Shown in pieces: positions 1-12,679 of a stretch of 56,642 nucleotides of DNA. Source of the DNA: Amoeboaphelidium protococcarum X5 (Eukaryota; Fungi; Aphelidiomycota); the NCBI GenBank assembly GCA_023515725.1, contig JALDTO010000053.1, positions 1 to 56,642 of the forward strand. Direction: 5' to 3'. The number at the start of each line of letters is the position of its first letter. The stretch's first letter is position 1. The notes under the pieces were generated by a model. That model searched no databases, was not told where the DNA came from, and was given only the letters and a program-made list of their open reading frames with translations. The position numbers and the translations under genes were made by a program.

Positions 1-475
1 CACTCACCTAGGACAAGTACTGATTTTACTACTCTTCAGATAAGTCGCACCTCTACTGACACCCAATCTCTGCAACGGCTTCCATACAATTCAATATCGC
101 GTCAACCTGCGCCAACTGTTAAGATTATGATTATGACTCTCTATCATGAACATGTCGGAGCATAGATGCAATAAAATCGTCTTCACCTTACTTCCACTCA
201 AAACATTTTATATGTTCCATAGACATGATAAAGGATTAACTAGCAACACTCGAAGAATTGGACGAGGAATCGTCACGATCAATAGGGATGTATTAGGTAA
301 CTCCTCTATGCGGTCTGTCGTATACCACCAACTTGGTATCAACTTACTCTTGATTTGTTGAATCTTTTTACATGTGCTATCTATTGTTATTATTATGATG
401 TTGTTTTAGAAAATATAACTACAGTAGTCCCCTTAAGCGTAAAAAAGTCGATTTGAGGGAACGCGTTGCTAGCAT
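1..475 (-). CDS. Hypothetical protein, N-terminal part (runs off window start); possible mitochondrial presequence
   Basis: With TAR=Gln the frame is open from ATG at 475 to the window edge: MLATRSLKSTFLRLRGLLQLYFLKQHHNNNNRQ... The N-terminus is Arg/Ser/Leu-rich with no acidic residues. No family motif recognised. Confidence 0.5.
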
Positions 476-639
476 TGTGCTGTGGTTCCCTTAAAACATT
501 CGACGTTGTAATCTCCATGTCCTGCTAATTACCAAAAAGTCTTACAACTCTCTTAAGAAATTGATTCTCCTCGGAATGAAATAATATTTGTTGTAAGAGC
601 TGAGATTTATAGCGTTCAATTGAATGGCCTGATAAAGTT

Positions 640-1080
640 AAATGCCTGATGTTATTGATCCGTTGTCTGTGAAATGTACAACTTTGATCCATAGATCCAA
701 GTTTTAATAACAGACTCTAGTTTGGATGCAGTAAATTTGAGTTGGGTCATCACCGATCCGTTTCTTTAAATTCTTCGCATTGAGGCCTTTGAAGAACAAG
801 TTAATGCATGAAGTCGCGTAGGTGCTGTGGCAGGTCATTGCTGACTGCGGTACGACGCGGTGTATTGTAAGCGATCAAGGCGCGGTATTTTGCTGCAAGG
901 CTATAAGAGAGCTATGCTGTGGCTATGGTATCCTGCAAACGTTTTTCTACGGCCTATCCCCTTCAAAAACACGGCCAGGTTGATTGCGTTGTGTATTGCG
1001 GCCGGAGTTAATTACGCCTTCATGGCTCATGATAGGCTGACCGTTAGAGATGACACTGTGGTACTTATGCCCTGCGATTT
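640..1080 (+). mobile_element. Degenerate rve-type (retroelement-like) integrase core, frameshifted relic
   Basis: Joining across two frameshifts gives ...WVITDPFLQILRIEA/LKNKLMHEVAQVLWQVIADCGTTRCIVSDQGAVFCCKAIRELCCGYGILQTF/STAYPLQKHGQVD... This matches the integrase pattern (D-x-F, IVSDQG at 864-881, STAYHPQxNGxxE). In-frame TGAs follow. Confidence 0.55.
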
Positions 1081-1253
1081 TTTGGTTCCGGCTGGATTGT
1101 TATAGGAATCCAAAGTTAAAATTCCTCAGGCTGACGGATTTGTGCTAGTGACCAGCTTAAAAGATTCTGTCATAATCGCACCATATCCTATTGAAGTATC
1201 TTATCACCTGGTAACTATTGAATTTGCTACATATGTCGCATCCATTACGTTGA

Positions 1254-2049
1254 AATGCTGCGATCCTTACAAAATGTTTTGGCGGCTAATTGGAATGTTG
1301 GACCAGATGGTTTCCTCGAGTACAAATACATCTGAACACTGCAACTGCTGCCGCTATTAATGCTGTGCCTTTCGACGCGCTGTTTAGAAGATATTGTAAT
1401 GACTTTCGCATGTACAACCAGGATAGCATTACTGATTAAATTGCAGTACTCGTCCATCTTGGCCACCTCCCGGTACGAGTTTTAGATCCCCACTCTGCTG
1501 TAATACAAGGCGTTTGCCACTTCGTTGGATATGAAGCTACCCCCACAGTTTTGGAGTATTTGAAGCATCTAAAGATGCTTCCACCAATGATATAATTAAT
1601 TGATTGGATGAGAATTCAGTACGTTATGTACATCTCCGTCACGCAAGGCGAATTCCAAGTTCCTGCTGATATTGCCAATAACATTAAGAAGCATGTTATC
1701 AAGCTTATTTATAAGTCTGGAGTTAGGCTTATGGCGATATTAAATTTGCTGGGTATCAGTGTCCAGCTGAATACAATGAACGCTAAAAGAATGCGTGTGT
1801 GAAGCTGGGGCAGTCTCTGATGAAGGGCAGTTCTCTTACTTCTGGAGGAAGATTGTAAGAAATCAAGGTACCCCCTCTGATGCTCTGGTGAAAATAAATG
1901 TGGATCGGCTAACATCCGCGGTGTCTGAGGTCTTGGAGAAAGCCGATCCTGATGCAAGTCTGCGCAGCTACTGCGGATAAATGGCTTTGATTCGACGTGT
2001 CTACTGGGACTCCTTTAAAGTCCAGGATGGTAAAGTTGCCCTCAACTGA
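1254..2049 (+). pseudogene. Degenerate coding region of unknown family downstream of the integrase relic
   Basis: One frame is open 1254-1802 and a second 1795-2049, overlapping at a GTGTGT run (apparent frameshift). No motif recognised. Confidence 0.3.
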
Positions 2050-2791
2050 TTTTGGATTATATCGGAACGGTTTGATCTGAGCCAATCCAATCTGTTGATA
2101 TGGTATAAGCCAATATCGCTGTTGCTCAGATAACTTTAAAATGTAGTGTAGTTCGCCTCTTTATATATCACGAATACATATGAAAATCTTTGCTGAGAGA
2201 TATTAAAACGTACGTGTGATCCCGCTTTAACTGATTGTAGACATGGTTTGATACAATGTTAGAACAGAGGAATGCTGATCCATTATTATTGCTGGTAGTG
2301 TTTATTTGAAATCTGGACTTAAGAGCGCTATAAAAAGCCTTTTGTATGAACTAAGAACTCTGTTCTGCTGTGAAATATACTCGTACTTATTTTATCGTTA
2401 TTCTCTATTTACATACTGTCTGATCAATTTCAATGAATTGATATAATGGTATTTGAATGCAGCTAGGTGAGAGACTTCATTTACGGTCATGTATGTGTTT
2501 ATTCAACATATCGGGTTTCATCTAACAATTTTGAGTACTGAATTTGATAATATTAATGCGTAAGTATATGACAATGTATGTGCAATTACTTACAATGAAA
2601 TTATCTCGAGTTTACCTTTGTCGGTACAGTATCCAATTGCTCATCGTTATCGTTACCATGCCAACCAGCTACAAAATGATGAAGATAACTCCGAAAGTTT
2701 GTTATCGGCAAACATAAGATATCATCACTAGTCTAAGTCTGTTTTTAACTTTGATAAACTCTTATAAAATACTATTAGTCAAATCTAACTT

Positions 2792-3880
2792 ATGGCTATC
2801 ACGGGTAACGTTACAGGAACTACTAGTGTAGAATTACTGCCTGGTCAATATGTTGTTGACATACATTATAGTGTCTGTCTGGCAATTGAGCTCTTCTGTC
2901 TGGGAATTTTGCTTTTCAATACTAAACGTTGGAACAATCTATTGACCAGAATCAAGAAGCCATTGTTTGCCGGCTGGCTGTTCTTTGAGGTGATCATTTC
3001 TATAATCATATTCCTGGGTCTTGTAATCAATGAGCGTCCGTCCAATCCTGCTGTCAATGCTGCTAAAATTGAAATTGTGCACACCATCATGTCCCTGCAT
3101 ATTGTAGCAAAGGTTATCGCATGTGTGCTTGTCTCTGTAAGATCGTACATTTTGGTGTTGGATAAGAAGCCGCGCATGATGCTGGTCGCTTTTAATGTAA
3201 CTCTGTCCATTGCCGTGTTTGGTGTCCTAGTTGGCTTGATCATTGAGCATTTGGACATGCAGAAGTTCGCCCCTGTTAGAACCGTCCCTTAGAAGTAGGC
3301 AAAAAGTAAGATTGTGGCATCCCTGAATCTAGCTCAGCTGGCCCTGTACGCGACTTTCATAATCACCAACAGTATGTTCATTGTGTACTATGTTGGCCGC
3401 AAGCTGATTGAACGTGAAGGATACTGGAGTTATCTGAAGAAGGCACCATCGGCCAAGTTGGGCGTAATCGTTGTCACGGATCTAGTGCTTCAGTTCATTG
3501 TTACGTGCGTCGTCTTTTCAGGAGCAATCCCTATGACTAGAGCTTATTTCCATGGAACGGTGCTGTCCTTTGTGTTATTCTCCTGCTTCTACTACTTTAA
3601 CACTTTTGAAGACATTGGTAATGCAATTGCCGAGAACAACCGCGTGATGACCAACAAGAGTACAGTGTCTCTGTAGAAGAAGGTTAATGGATCTCGTGAT
3701 GAGCTGGGACAGAATGGTGTCAAGTCTTTCAAGACTGACTATGTGAAGGGCGTCAACAAAAGCGCTGACTTGCTGCATCAAAAGTCTTCTGTGCTGGATT
3801 CTGAGGATATTATATCTGAGGAGTAGCAGAAGAGGTCTGTGCGAGATTCCCAAATCCGTGATGAACCTGAAGTAAAATGA
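2792..3880 (+). CDS. Orphan seven-transmembrane (GPCR-like) protein, 362 aa
   Basis: ORFs 2792-3292 and 3314-3676 join through in-frame TAGs and end at TGA 3878-3880. Seven hydrophobic segments, R-S-Y at the end of TM3, hydrophilic Ser/Lys-rich C-tail. Confidence 0.8.
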
Positions 3881-4322
3881 GAAATACTACGATGTTGTTT
3901 GTAAGTGGATGAGTAATGATGAAGATGATATAGAGTAATTTTGATAATGAGTGTTCATTCTATTATTGATGCATCTCTTTGCATTGAAACACGTGGATTC
4001 AGCATCCCAATGTAATTCGCTATTACTTTGGGTATGATACTCTACTAGCGTTTGTAGAGAAAAGTACTGTTGGATACAACTGCCATAAGACCACATGCCC
4101 ATCATGACTTCTGACGTGTCTGAAACGGTAAAGAGTGCGCGACATCAGCTGACAATGAAAGCGACGCGAACTGCGCAGCTTTTCTTCTTTCTTTGTTTAT
4201 GCGTGTAAAACTGTACTGGAATATCGATAGTCATCAGCAATTCATTTAATATCTTCCATTGCTCGTAATAATCATTACTGATCAATTTGAAAGTATTTAG
4301 TGTTATTTAGTAGAATAATATA

Positions 4323-6098
4323 ATGAAGACTTGCTGGATTTGTTTTGTGACTGAAGAGGAGACGCCTGCTACTGTGAGATGGGTCAGTCCGTGTAAGTGT
4401 AAAGGAGATACCTAGTGGGCTCATGAAAGGTGTCTGTTGATGTGGATTACACGTCTGCAAGTTTAGAAATAAGATGAAGGCGAGGAAGTTCCCACTCTGA
4501 TTGTTCACTAGAATAGAACATCGCTTTCCTAAGATGGTTTTGAAGGCGATAGTGTGAGTGATCCTATTCAAGGTGATGTACGCGACATTCCTTCCATCTG
4601 GTAAGAGTAGAATGAATAACAAGGCAATCGGACTGCGCAGGATGGATAGGCAGCAATGTAATAGCGTAGATAATCTTTAATTGAAAGACTTACGTCGTTC
4701 ATACTTGAGGTGGAAGTCGAAGGATTTGAAGATGACATTGCTGTTGATGAGAACGGCGTGCCTTTGAACGATTTTGACAATAATAATAATGATGATAATA
4801 ATAATAATGCAAGGCCTAATGCGCAATCACGTCAGCAGTAGAATAAAAATATCATCAAATGTCCACAATGTCATACACCGTATGTTGTAGTTCTACAGAG
4901 GTAGAATGCTGTGTCGGAATTAATGATGCGCTGTTATCTATCCACTCAATAGACTGTGGACTGGTGTGTGCCATATCTGGCCGTAGGATGTGGATTCTAT
5001 GTCATATTGCTGGCTAGTGCACAATATGGATCGCACGTAGTTGCAAGTCTGTGTGGACGCGAAGATATTCTCTCCAAGGCGATACATCAAAAGTCTTCAT
5101 GGCCATGGCGATTGTGGGTCTCACTATCCTCTATTCCAACTCTGTTGCTCATGTTCAAGAGTGAAAGGTTGGAGCGGTCCATGTCTAATCTGGGTCTTGC
5201 TACACTTACTTACGGCTTTCTTTCGCTTAGGCTCAAAGATTATGTGATTAAGACTTTTCAAAATGCTGGATATACGGTGCAAGAGACTTCGAATTATAAT
5301 CTTTTATGGCCACTGTCCACCACTCTTACCATCATGAAGGGTCGGGATAATTTGGTACTTCCCTCAGGTACTGCTGAAACTCCACTGATAACTTCTTCTA
5401 TTAGATGGCGTGGTGCATTACTGTTGAGTTTATTGAGCCTGAAAAGAGTTTATTCGTTAGTGTACAAAAAGTATATGGTTCCTTTGATTCTTGGTATTCC
5501 CTTGCGTAAAAGTAGCAGTATTCGAAATAGCAACGATGAATAGGGTGATAGAAGTAGAAGGAGTAGAGGTGAAGAAGTTCCTATTTTTGATTCTCATCAT
5601 GAAGATTATGAACTGGTTAATGAGTTGGGCGGAGGTAATGGTGGTAGGGACTTTGACGATGCCGGAGAGTACGATGGTGACGCGGACTTTACGGCCACAA
5701 TCAATCTTCATACTGGAGATGGCGGTGATGATTTGAATGGTGATGCACGGCGGGGTACTAGTATAGTGAGAAGCTTTACTCTGTTTTCACTGGTAAAGTA
5801 TGTTGCCTAATCATGGTCACTTCCCTTCATTGCTTCCTCTTGTGGAGTTATTGCCAAATTGCTTATTCGAGGTGTATTTAAAGTTACTCAAAAGGCCAAG
5901 ATATCTGTGGGGAAGGACATTAATAACTCTTAACTCAGTAACTTTGAGTAGCGTCTGGATAGAGTTGATACTTTTGTCTGGAGCATCATTGGTGGATGTG
6001 CATTCACTTTAGTCAAAGATGTCATTGGACTGTTATACAAGAGACAGAAAAGAAGGCAGAGATTGAATATGCATCTTTTAAACTACATGACTAAATGA
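4323..6098 (+). CDS. MARCH5: MARCH5/MITOL-like RING-CH (RINGv) E3 ubiquitin ligase, 591 aa
   Basis: CWICF...WVSPCKCKGDTQWAHERCLLMW...CPQCHTPY (C4HC3). TM segments follow. The C-terminus SIIGGCAFTLVKDVIGLLYKRQKRRQRLNMHLLNY resembles MARCH5. Confidence 0.82.
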
Positions 6099-6198
6099 AA
6101 AATATGATTTTATTGCATCAATTAGAATGAAATTATTTAAGAAAGAATTTATTTGGAATTATAATAATCCTATTTCTATTTTTCAACACTGGACACAT

Positions 6199-7848
6199 TC
6201 AATTGATAGGTAATCGTGGAAATAGGTGAATCTTGTGACCAGGTGCTAATTTTCTGCCTGTCATTGCTGACTAGAATTTACTCTGGTTGATATGACGACA
6301 TTCTGGAGGTACAGATAATTTATCTAGCAACTCTGTGGTTTTCTATGGCATCACAGGCTGGAGCATCAAACTTGATATTCTAAGCGACTCCAATGCAATG
6401 TAAAGACAGTTCTACGCGTTCATTTAACTTAGAGAATCTCCAGTCTGCTTGAACAACTTCCACGGCTCCTTAAGACCCACATACTAATTGACCATTCGCA
6501 GATTGTTCATTACCACCTACAGATATCGTCCATACTCGCACTCCTCTGCATGACCAGACACTAATTCAGGCAGGCGATTCAATTCATCAATCAACTTCTG
6601 CTCAGTCGAGTCTAGCACCTATTTGTGCAATTCAGGGACTTCCAACTTACTATTCATAGATTTGCTAATACACCTACTGAGAAGGTTACCTAACTAATCA
6701 GCCAACTCTATCTAGTACCGGATCCTCAACATACTTTCGGAATAGTCAAAATCGTTCTGAATACCACCTTCCGTTTCCCGTATAAGATGATACCGCACAG
6801 CATCAACACCGTATGTGTTAATCAACTAATTAATCTCAACCGGCGCATTACCACTAGACTTGGATATCTTCTGACCATTGACTGTGATATGAGAATGACT
6901 TGTAATGCGCCGCGGTAAAGGCAGATCTAACGCCATCAACATTGTGGGATATATTATTGCGTGAAATTTCAGAATATCTTTACCCACTATATGATTATCA
7001 ATCGTGGCATTGTACTCAATGGTTGATTTAGGAGACTATAAATTCCAAACCGGAGATGGGAATCCAGTGGCGGTTAGATAGTTTATGAGCGCGTCAAACC
7101 ATACGTATACTGTCTATGACGGATCATCAGGCACTTGTATTCCCCATCCAGCTCGTTGTGAAGGTCTCGATACTGATAAATCTTTTAAACCATCAGCAGA
7201 TTATAGAAGAGATAGAATAAGATTTCGTTGACTATGAGGATAGATTACCGAACGATCATTATCGCCACCGGAAATCCATTTGATCAACCGATCTTTAAAC
7301 TCTGACAACTTGAACATATAGTTATCTTCCTGAATCCATTCAGCTTGACGACCTGACTCGACGGATACTTTAATCTTATTACCATCATCATCGACAGTGT
7401 CCATAATCTACTAATCAGTGTAGAATGTCTCATCAGCTATACAGTACCAACCGCTATGACTCCCTTTGTAAATGAGACCAAGATCACTCAGACGCGTCCA
7501 AATGCTCTACACAGCGCTCTAATGTCTCCTCTAAGTAGTTCTAACGTATTCGTCATACTTTACGCCAGCGATATCGAATAGCGAACGGTACTCTGCAGAC
7601 ATCATGTCACATAATTGTTGGGGAGATATGTTCTTCAATTGCGCAGACTTTTAAATCTTTTACCCATGTTCATCCGTTCCAGTGGAGAGCCAGCTATCAC
7701 AACCATTAAATCTCTTCCACCTGCAATCCACATCAGCAAGTAGCACAGAATACAAATGACCAACATGAGGCTTTGAATTCACGTAAAATATTGGTGTTGT
7801 AACGCGATACAATGATCTCTTCAACATGTTCGTTGTCATCGTGTTCAT
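6199..7848 (-). CDS. MSM1: Mitochondrial methionyl-tRNA synthetase, 549 aa
   Basis: [45 protein letters not shown] and KISKS class I motifs in one frame under TAR=Gln; TGA at 6199-6201. Confidence 0.95.
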
Positions 7849-8034
7849 ATCTCTCGCAAATCTCACTCTTAAAAAATTGGTAGAAAGTGAGATTCGATAA
7901 AGAAGGGCGCAAAGTATATATTAGAATGATGATCTTATTTACATGCTATGTCATTATCTATGAACAAATCTATAACGATTACAAAATTAGTGAGGGAACA
8001 CGTATCAACAACAACATACTTCAAAGGCCAAAGA

Positions 8035-8892
8035 TCATCGTCGTAACTTAATGACAGTTTAAGCCAGGTAGTCAGCTAAATTTCCACTCTCATGAGGAAT
8101 GATGTAAGAATCTTTTCGTTACAATACTCTGGGAGACACGCTTTGTAACTGCTGGCATGATGAGAACAAATTAGCGATTGACCATATCTATGGATGAAGT
8201 GACTATGATTGATATGCAACTACATACCGAACAGTCTCATTACCAAGCATAACTAAATCATCATTTCCATCACTAGCGTGCTAAAACGCGATTGAAAGTT
8301 GTTGATCAGACGCGTCGTCGTCACCATTGCCAACGAGATCGTTCCCGACCAAAGTTGAAACGAGACCAAAGACAAGTGCCCAGTGAGCTTAATGGCCACC
8401 CAGACTGATGGATGGTTCATGATTTCTTTCTTTATCGTATGGAACCAGGATTGCCATTGTGTCATCCATAAACCATTTTACAATGTCTTCTGCATTAGAC
8501 CATTTACACAGCTAAACACGTTCATTCACTAGTTGATTTTGTTGAAAATTACCAGAGATGAAATGTTACGCAATCTGCAACATTGCCGTGCTGCTGAATA
8601 ACTCACCACGCTTCGTATAACCGGCAGTTATTGCATACTAAAGAACATCATCAGAGCCAACCTCATAATTATAACATGATTAAAGTGCCATACATAGAGC
8701 CATTATACCACACTTTGGCTCATTGTGTTACAACAGAGGCAATACACAGTTGGGTGTGAATGTACGTACGAGACATTGAGTCCATTGCCGGTCAGTGTCC
8801 ATCCATAGAACATTCAATTTTTATTCAATTGTCCCTTGAAACTTTTCCCTTCTCAGCGCGTCTTGGTCGAGATTACGAGTATTTACTGGCAT
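8035..8892 (-). CDS. ACTMAP: Actin maturation protease (C19orf54/UPF0692) homolog, 285 aa
   Basis: LLQHNEPKCGIMALCMAL, AITAGYTKRGELFS and ILVPYDKERNHEP...GHQAHWALV mirror the ACTMAP motifs PQCGLVAL, GYTAQGEMFS, PYDxDFNHEP, GHKAHW. Absent from the ORF track because of in-frame TAR codons. Confidence 0.85.
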
Positions 8893-9266
8893 AATTAAAA
8901 TATTGTCTCCTGTTGAATGTGCAGATTATTCAGTGGAAATTATGTTCTTGTTTGAGCCAAGTTTGATCTACTCGTTGTTCCAGCTTCAGTCTTCTCCTTT
9001 CTTGCCTCTCTCCTTCTTTCTCCGGCTCTCCCTCGCTTTATAGTTGTCGTCGTCGTCGTCACTCTTCTTTCCTATTCCTATAAGAGGGAGACGTTCGGCT
9101 TTCCTTTCATCATTTCCTCCTTTCGTTCCATTTAAACTGGTGCTTTGGTCTAAAGCTACTGAACTAGTATATTGTAGTTCAATTCAAAAGTGTTATTATT
9201 TACATTGACTTTCTTATTAAACGTCTTTCTATCTATCCATCAATAGGTGTAAAGTGAAGAAAAACA

Positions 9267-11183
9267 ATGTCTGGAAATAATGGTGGTTAGAGACGAGATG
9301 ATGAGAGTAGGCCTCTGCTTCCAACCTCTACCATGAGCAGTGGCCAGAGTACGGTGAGAGCGTCCAATACTTAACTTGGTCCACAATAGCAGGATAATAA
9401 TAATGGATCATCTAGTGATGGTGGCAGGTCCTCGAATAATCCAAGTCCGATTCCTGGTGCCATTCCATTATAGACCACTAGGCCTATTCAGTCAATTTTG
9501 AAGAAGGCCCCCGTTACTATTCCCTCTGTGAAGCCACCTGGAAAGAAGATGCCCAATAGGACGACAAAGACTAATAAGAAGTTGGTTCTCTTTCCGTCAG
9601 CTAATACTGCAGTTTAAACTTCTCAAGGTTCTTTGAATTAGGCTCAGATTGAGCAGGCTCTTGAGGAGGAGGTGCGCCAGAGTAAGGATAGCCTGGATGG
9701 TCCCCTCCTAGGATAGCCTCGTAGTGGTATCACGGGAGACAACGACGATGATGCGTTGAGTGAATATGCCTCCGAGTATGCAGACGATGACTTGTTTTCT
9801 AGTAGTACGGTGGCTCTGGACTTGCACCGTCTGGATCCAGGTGCTTCTTCCTACACTGCGTACAATACTAGGATGAATATGAGTGGCCATTCTGCCATAA
9901 AGCCAAAGTCTACTCTACCGCGAGTCACTGCGTATTGTACCAGTAGCTCATACAAGATGGATAAGATTCTGATGTGGTTGAGAAGTTCCGAGATGCGTGA
10001 TGGTTGTGGCGTTGAAAGTGTGCGCCGAGTAGATGAATGTATCTGGCTACCGTATACTCCGCCAGTGTCTATTTTTGAGACTTTGAGTGGTGGCGGCGGT
10101 GGTGGTATTAATGGAAGTGCTGGTGGTGGTGTTAGCAGAAGATTTCGCCAAGGATAGTCTGCTTAGAGCTATCATAATCATCAATAGTAGAAGAGGGTGA
10201 GGTAGCGTGACAAGATTAACAATTTGACATTTGGTAATTAGTATGAATCCGCAGATTCAAGGTCATAAGGTTATGGAGATTACTACCAGCAGCAGCAGTA
10301 GTAGTAGTAGTAGCAAAATCATTCTTATTCATCATAGCAGTAATCGTAATAGTAGTAGCAGCAAGAGTAGAATGGACGGCCAGGACAGGCTGAAGTGTTC
10401 ATTTTTGAGTATGGTGTTGTAGTATTGTGGAATCTGACTCTTCCTCAAGAGCAGCACTTTCTATCTCTTTTACATCCATTTGAGGAGGAGAAGCTGAGGC
10501 CTGAAGATGTAGAGGTGGAAGAGTTTCGCTTTGTGTACAGAGATGTTGGTACAGCAAAGATTTATAATGATGTGATCACGTTGAGAACTCCGCAAGATGT
10601 TAATTTGGAAACTATTGATGAAGAAGGAGTGGCATTGAGTAGTGGAAATAGTCTACCATCTGTGGCTAAATACAACCATCAGTCGTAGGACTCTTTGATG
10701 AAGTTGACACTGAGCCATGCCATTGCGCAGAGTGTAAAGTTGACTCTTTATGAAGGCAGGATTGAAGATACGATTGAGAGTACCAAGGATATTCCGGCCA
10801 TCATGAGCGTCACTGGAAGAGTGCCAATGTCAAGGAGTAATATTACTAAAAAGATTGGACACTTGTTTGTGATGCGCATCAATGTAAACTTGGTGAGTCC
10901 CATCTTGGATACACCGGAGCTCTTCTGGTCCTTGCCTAATCTCGAGCCTCTGTACGCTGCTGCCAGAACGTACTTGGAGATATCGCAGCGTGTTGATCTA
11001 CTTAATCAGAGAGTAGGAGTGTTGTCTGATTTGCTGGAGATGTTGAAAGATCACTTGAATTCTATGCATGGTGAATATCTGGAATGGATTATTATCTGGC
11101 TTATTGCCATTGAGATTCTTATTGGTATCATTACCATCCTCTTTGATTTCTTCAGTCTGTACGGTGGAGGAAAGCATGATTGA
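9267..11183 (+). CDS. RMD1: RMD1/Sif2 family (DUF155) protein, 638 aa
   Basis: PRVTAYCTSSSY, FIFEYGVVVLWN, SHAIAQSVKL, RTYLEISQRVDLLNQR, HGEYLEWIIIWLIAIEI with C-terminal TM. Several track ORFs share this frame. Confidence 0.9.
10287..10316 (+). repeat. Poly-Gln tract encoded by (CAG)4(TAG)5CAA inside the RMD1 CDS
   Basis: cagcagcagcagtagtagtagtagtagcaa, in frame with the conserved DUF155 blocks on either side. Confidence 0.9.
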
Positions 11184-11397
11184 ATGAATGAATGACTATA
11201 CATTAGTTCAAGTATCTTTTATACTAAATTTACTTTACTATTATTTTTGTATAAAGTTGTGTTTACTATATATTTACTAGTACAGAGTCGTTGATTAGAT
11301 GATCCAATTTCCTCATTCGCTTAATCTTTCACCTTTTGAGTTCAAAATCACAGAAAAGGTTCCATCATTGCAAATCTTTATTATATCGTACTAAGAA

Positions 11398-12570
11398 ATG
11401 ATTAAAACTTTATAATAGACGCGTCAAATAGCTCAAACTGCGTGTATAAAGGCCTAATTCTTTGCGATTAAGCATCCTAGATTGCCTGCCACTGCGTAAG
11501 TAGCGCTTGATCCTATTTAGAAATTGCAGCCTCTACCGCTGCCTCAAGGAGTTGAAGTCAATGTGCATCCTATCCCAGATGGTGTTCTCCCACAGCTGTG
11601 TCATTATGGTAAATTTGATTATGATACTATCCGCGATAAGATGCCTAGCCTGAAAACTATACGCGAAAGTAGTCCTTATTATCGTCAGCTGGCGCAACCA
11701 ACGGCGATTGTTGAGATCAAGTCCGCGGATGGAAATCAGGCTGGCTACGTGCCCGTTCAAGAGTGGATGGATCTACACGTGTCATAGAGTGCAGGTAATA
11801 ATAGCGAATAGTCTTAGAATACTATTCTTGATATATGGCATGGACAAAATGCGTCAAGTAATGCTAGTGAACTGAAAGATCAATAAAATATAGATGGAAG
11901 CAATCGTTCGCTGATACTAACTTGTGTGGATCCAACACACCGCTAATAGGCTAGATTAGGTGCTTTTGCGCGTACCAAGATGGCGTAATTTATCAGAAAT
12001 ATTGCAGAGCCCTTACAGGTCAAGATTCGTCTGGTTGGTGTTGGTTACAGAGCTGCCGTTGAGCCAATATCATTAACTGTCGTGAAATCTGATGCAAAGT
12101 CTTCTTCTTCTAACCGTCTGGCTGATATTAGACTATTTGAGAGCTGGATTAGAAGATAATCTCACCTGATCTAGTCTGATCCTCTGAGGGCATATATTGC
12201 AGCTGCGTTCCCCTTGTCAAAGGAAGCCAAGACTTTGTCAATGCGTCGCTTCTTGAATCATGACGTGAACTTGTACTGGAGAGAGGTGGACAAGTCCTTC
12301 TTGAATCGCTACTAGCTATCTGATCTTCCTCAGCCTTAAAAATTGATTATGCGTCTTGGATACAGTCATCCGGTGGAAATGGTCATTCCGCCAACCGTCA
12401 ATGTTACGTGCACCACTCCGACTGATGTTGTGTTGAGCGGTATTCACGGTAGGTAGTTGTTTGAATTTGCTCTATAGATGCGTAATTGGCGTAAACCAGA
12501 GCCTTACAAAGGCAAAGGTATCTTTATTAATGACGAGACGATAATACTAAAGTAGAAAAAGTTGAAGTGA
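11398..12570 (+). CDS. MRPL6: Mitochondrial ribosomal protein uL6m with large insertions, 390 aa
   Basis: RLVGVGYRA, LGYSHPV and WRKPEPYKGKGI uL6 signatures; basic N-terminal presequence. Confidence 0.9.
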
Positions 12571-12679
12571 AATAGAATTAATAAAATCTCACACTTATTA
12601 CACTGTGTTATCATATTTCCCCCTTTAGATTTTACACAGTGTATAAAATGTAGACTGCACAGCTTAACTAAACGTCTTT

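Noticed and set aside
8853-9131. Short charged ORF on the minus strand upstream of ACTMAP (MERKEEMMKG...)
   Set aside because: It derives from a purine/pyrimidine-skewed divergent promoter region, overlaps the ACTMAP start in another frame and has no motif. It could at most be a uORF.
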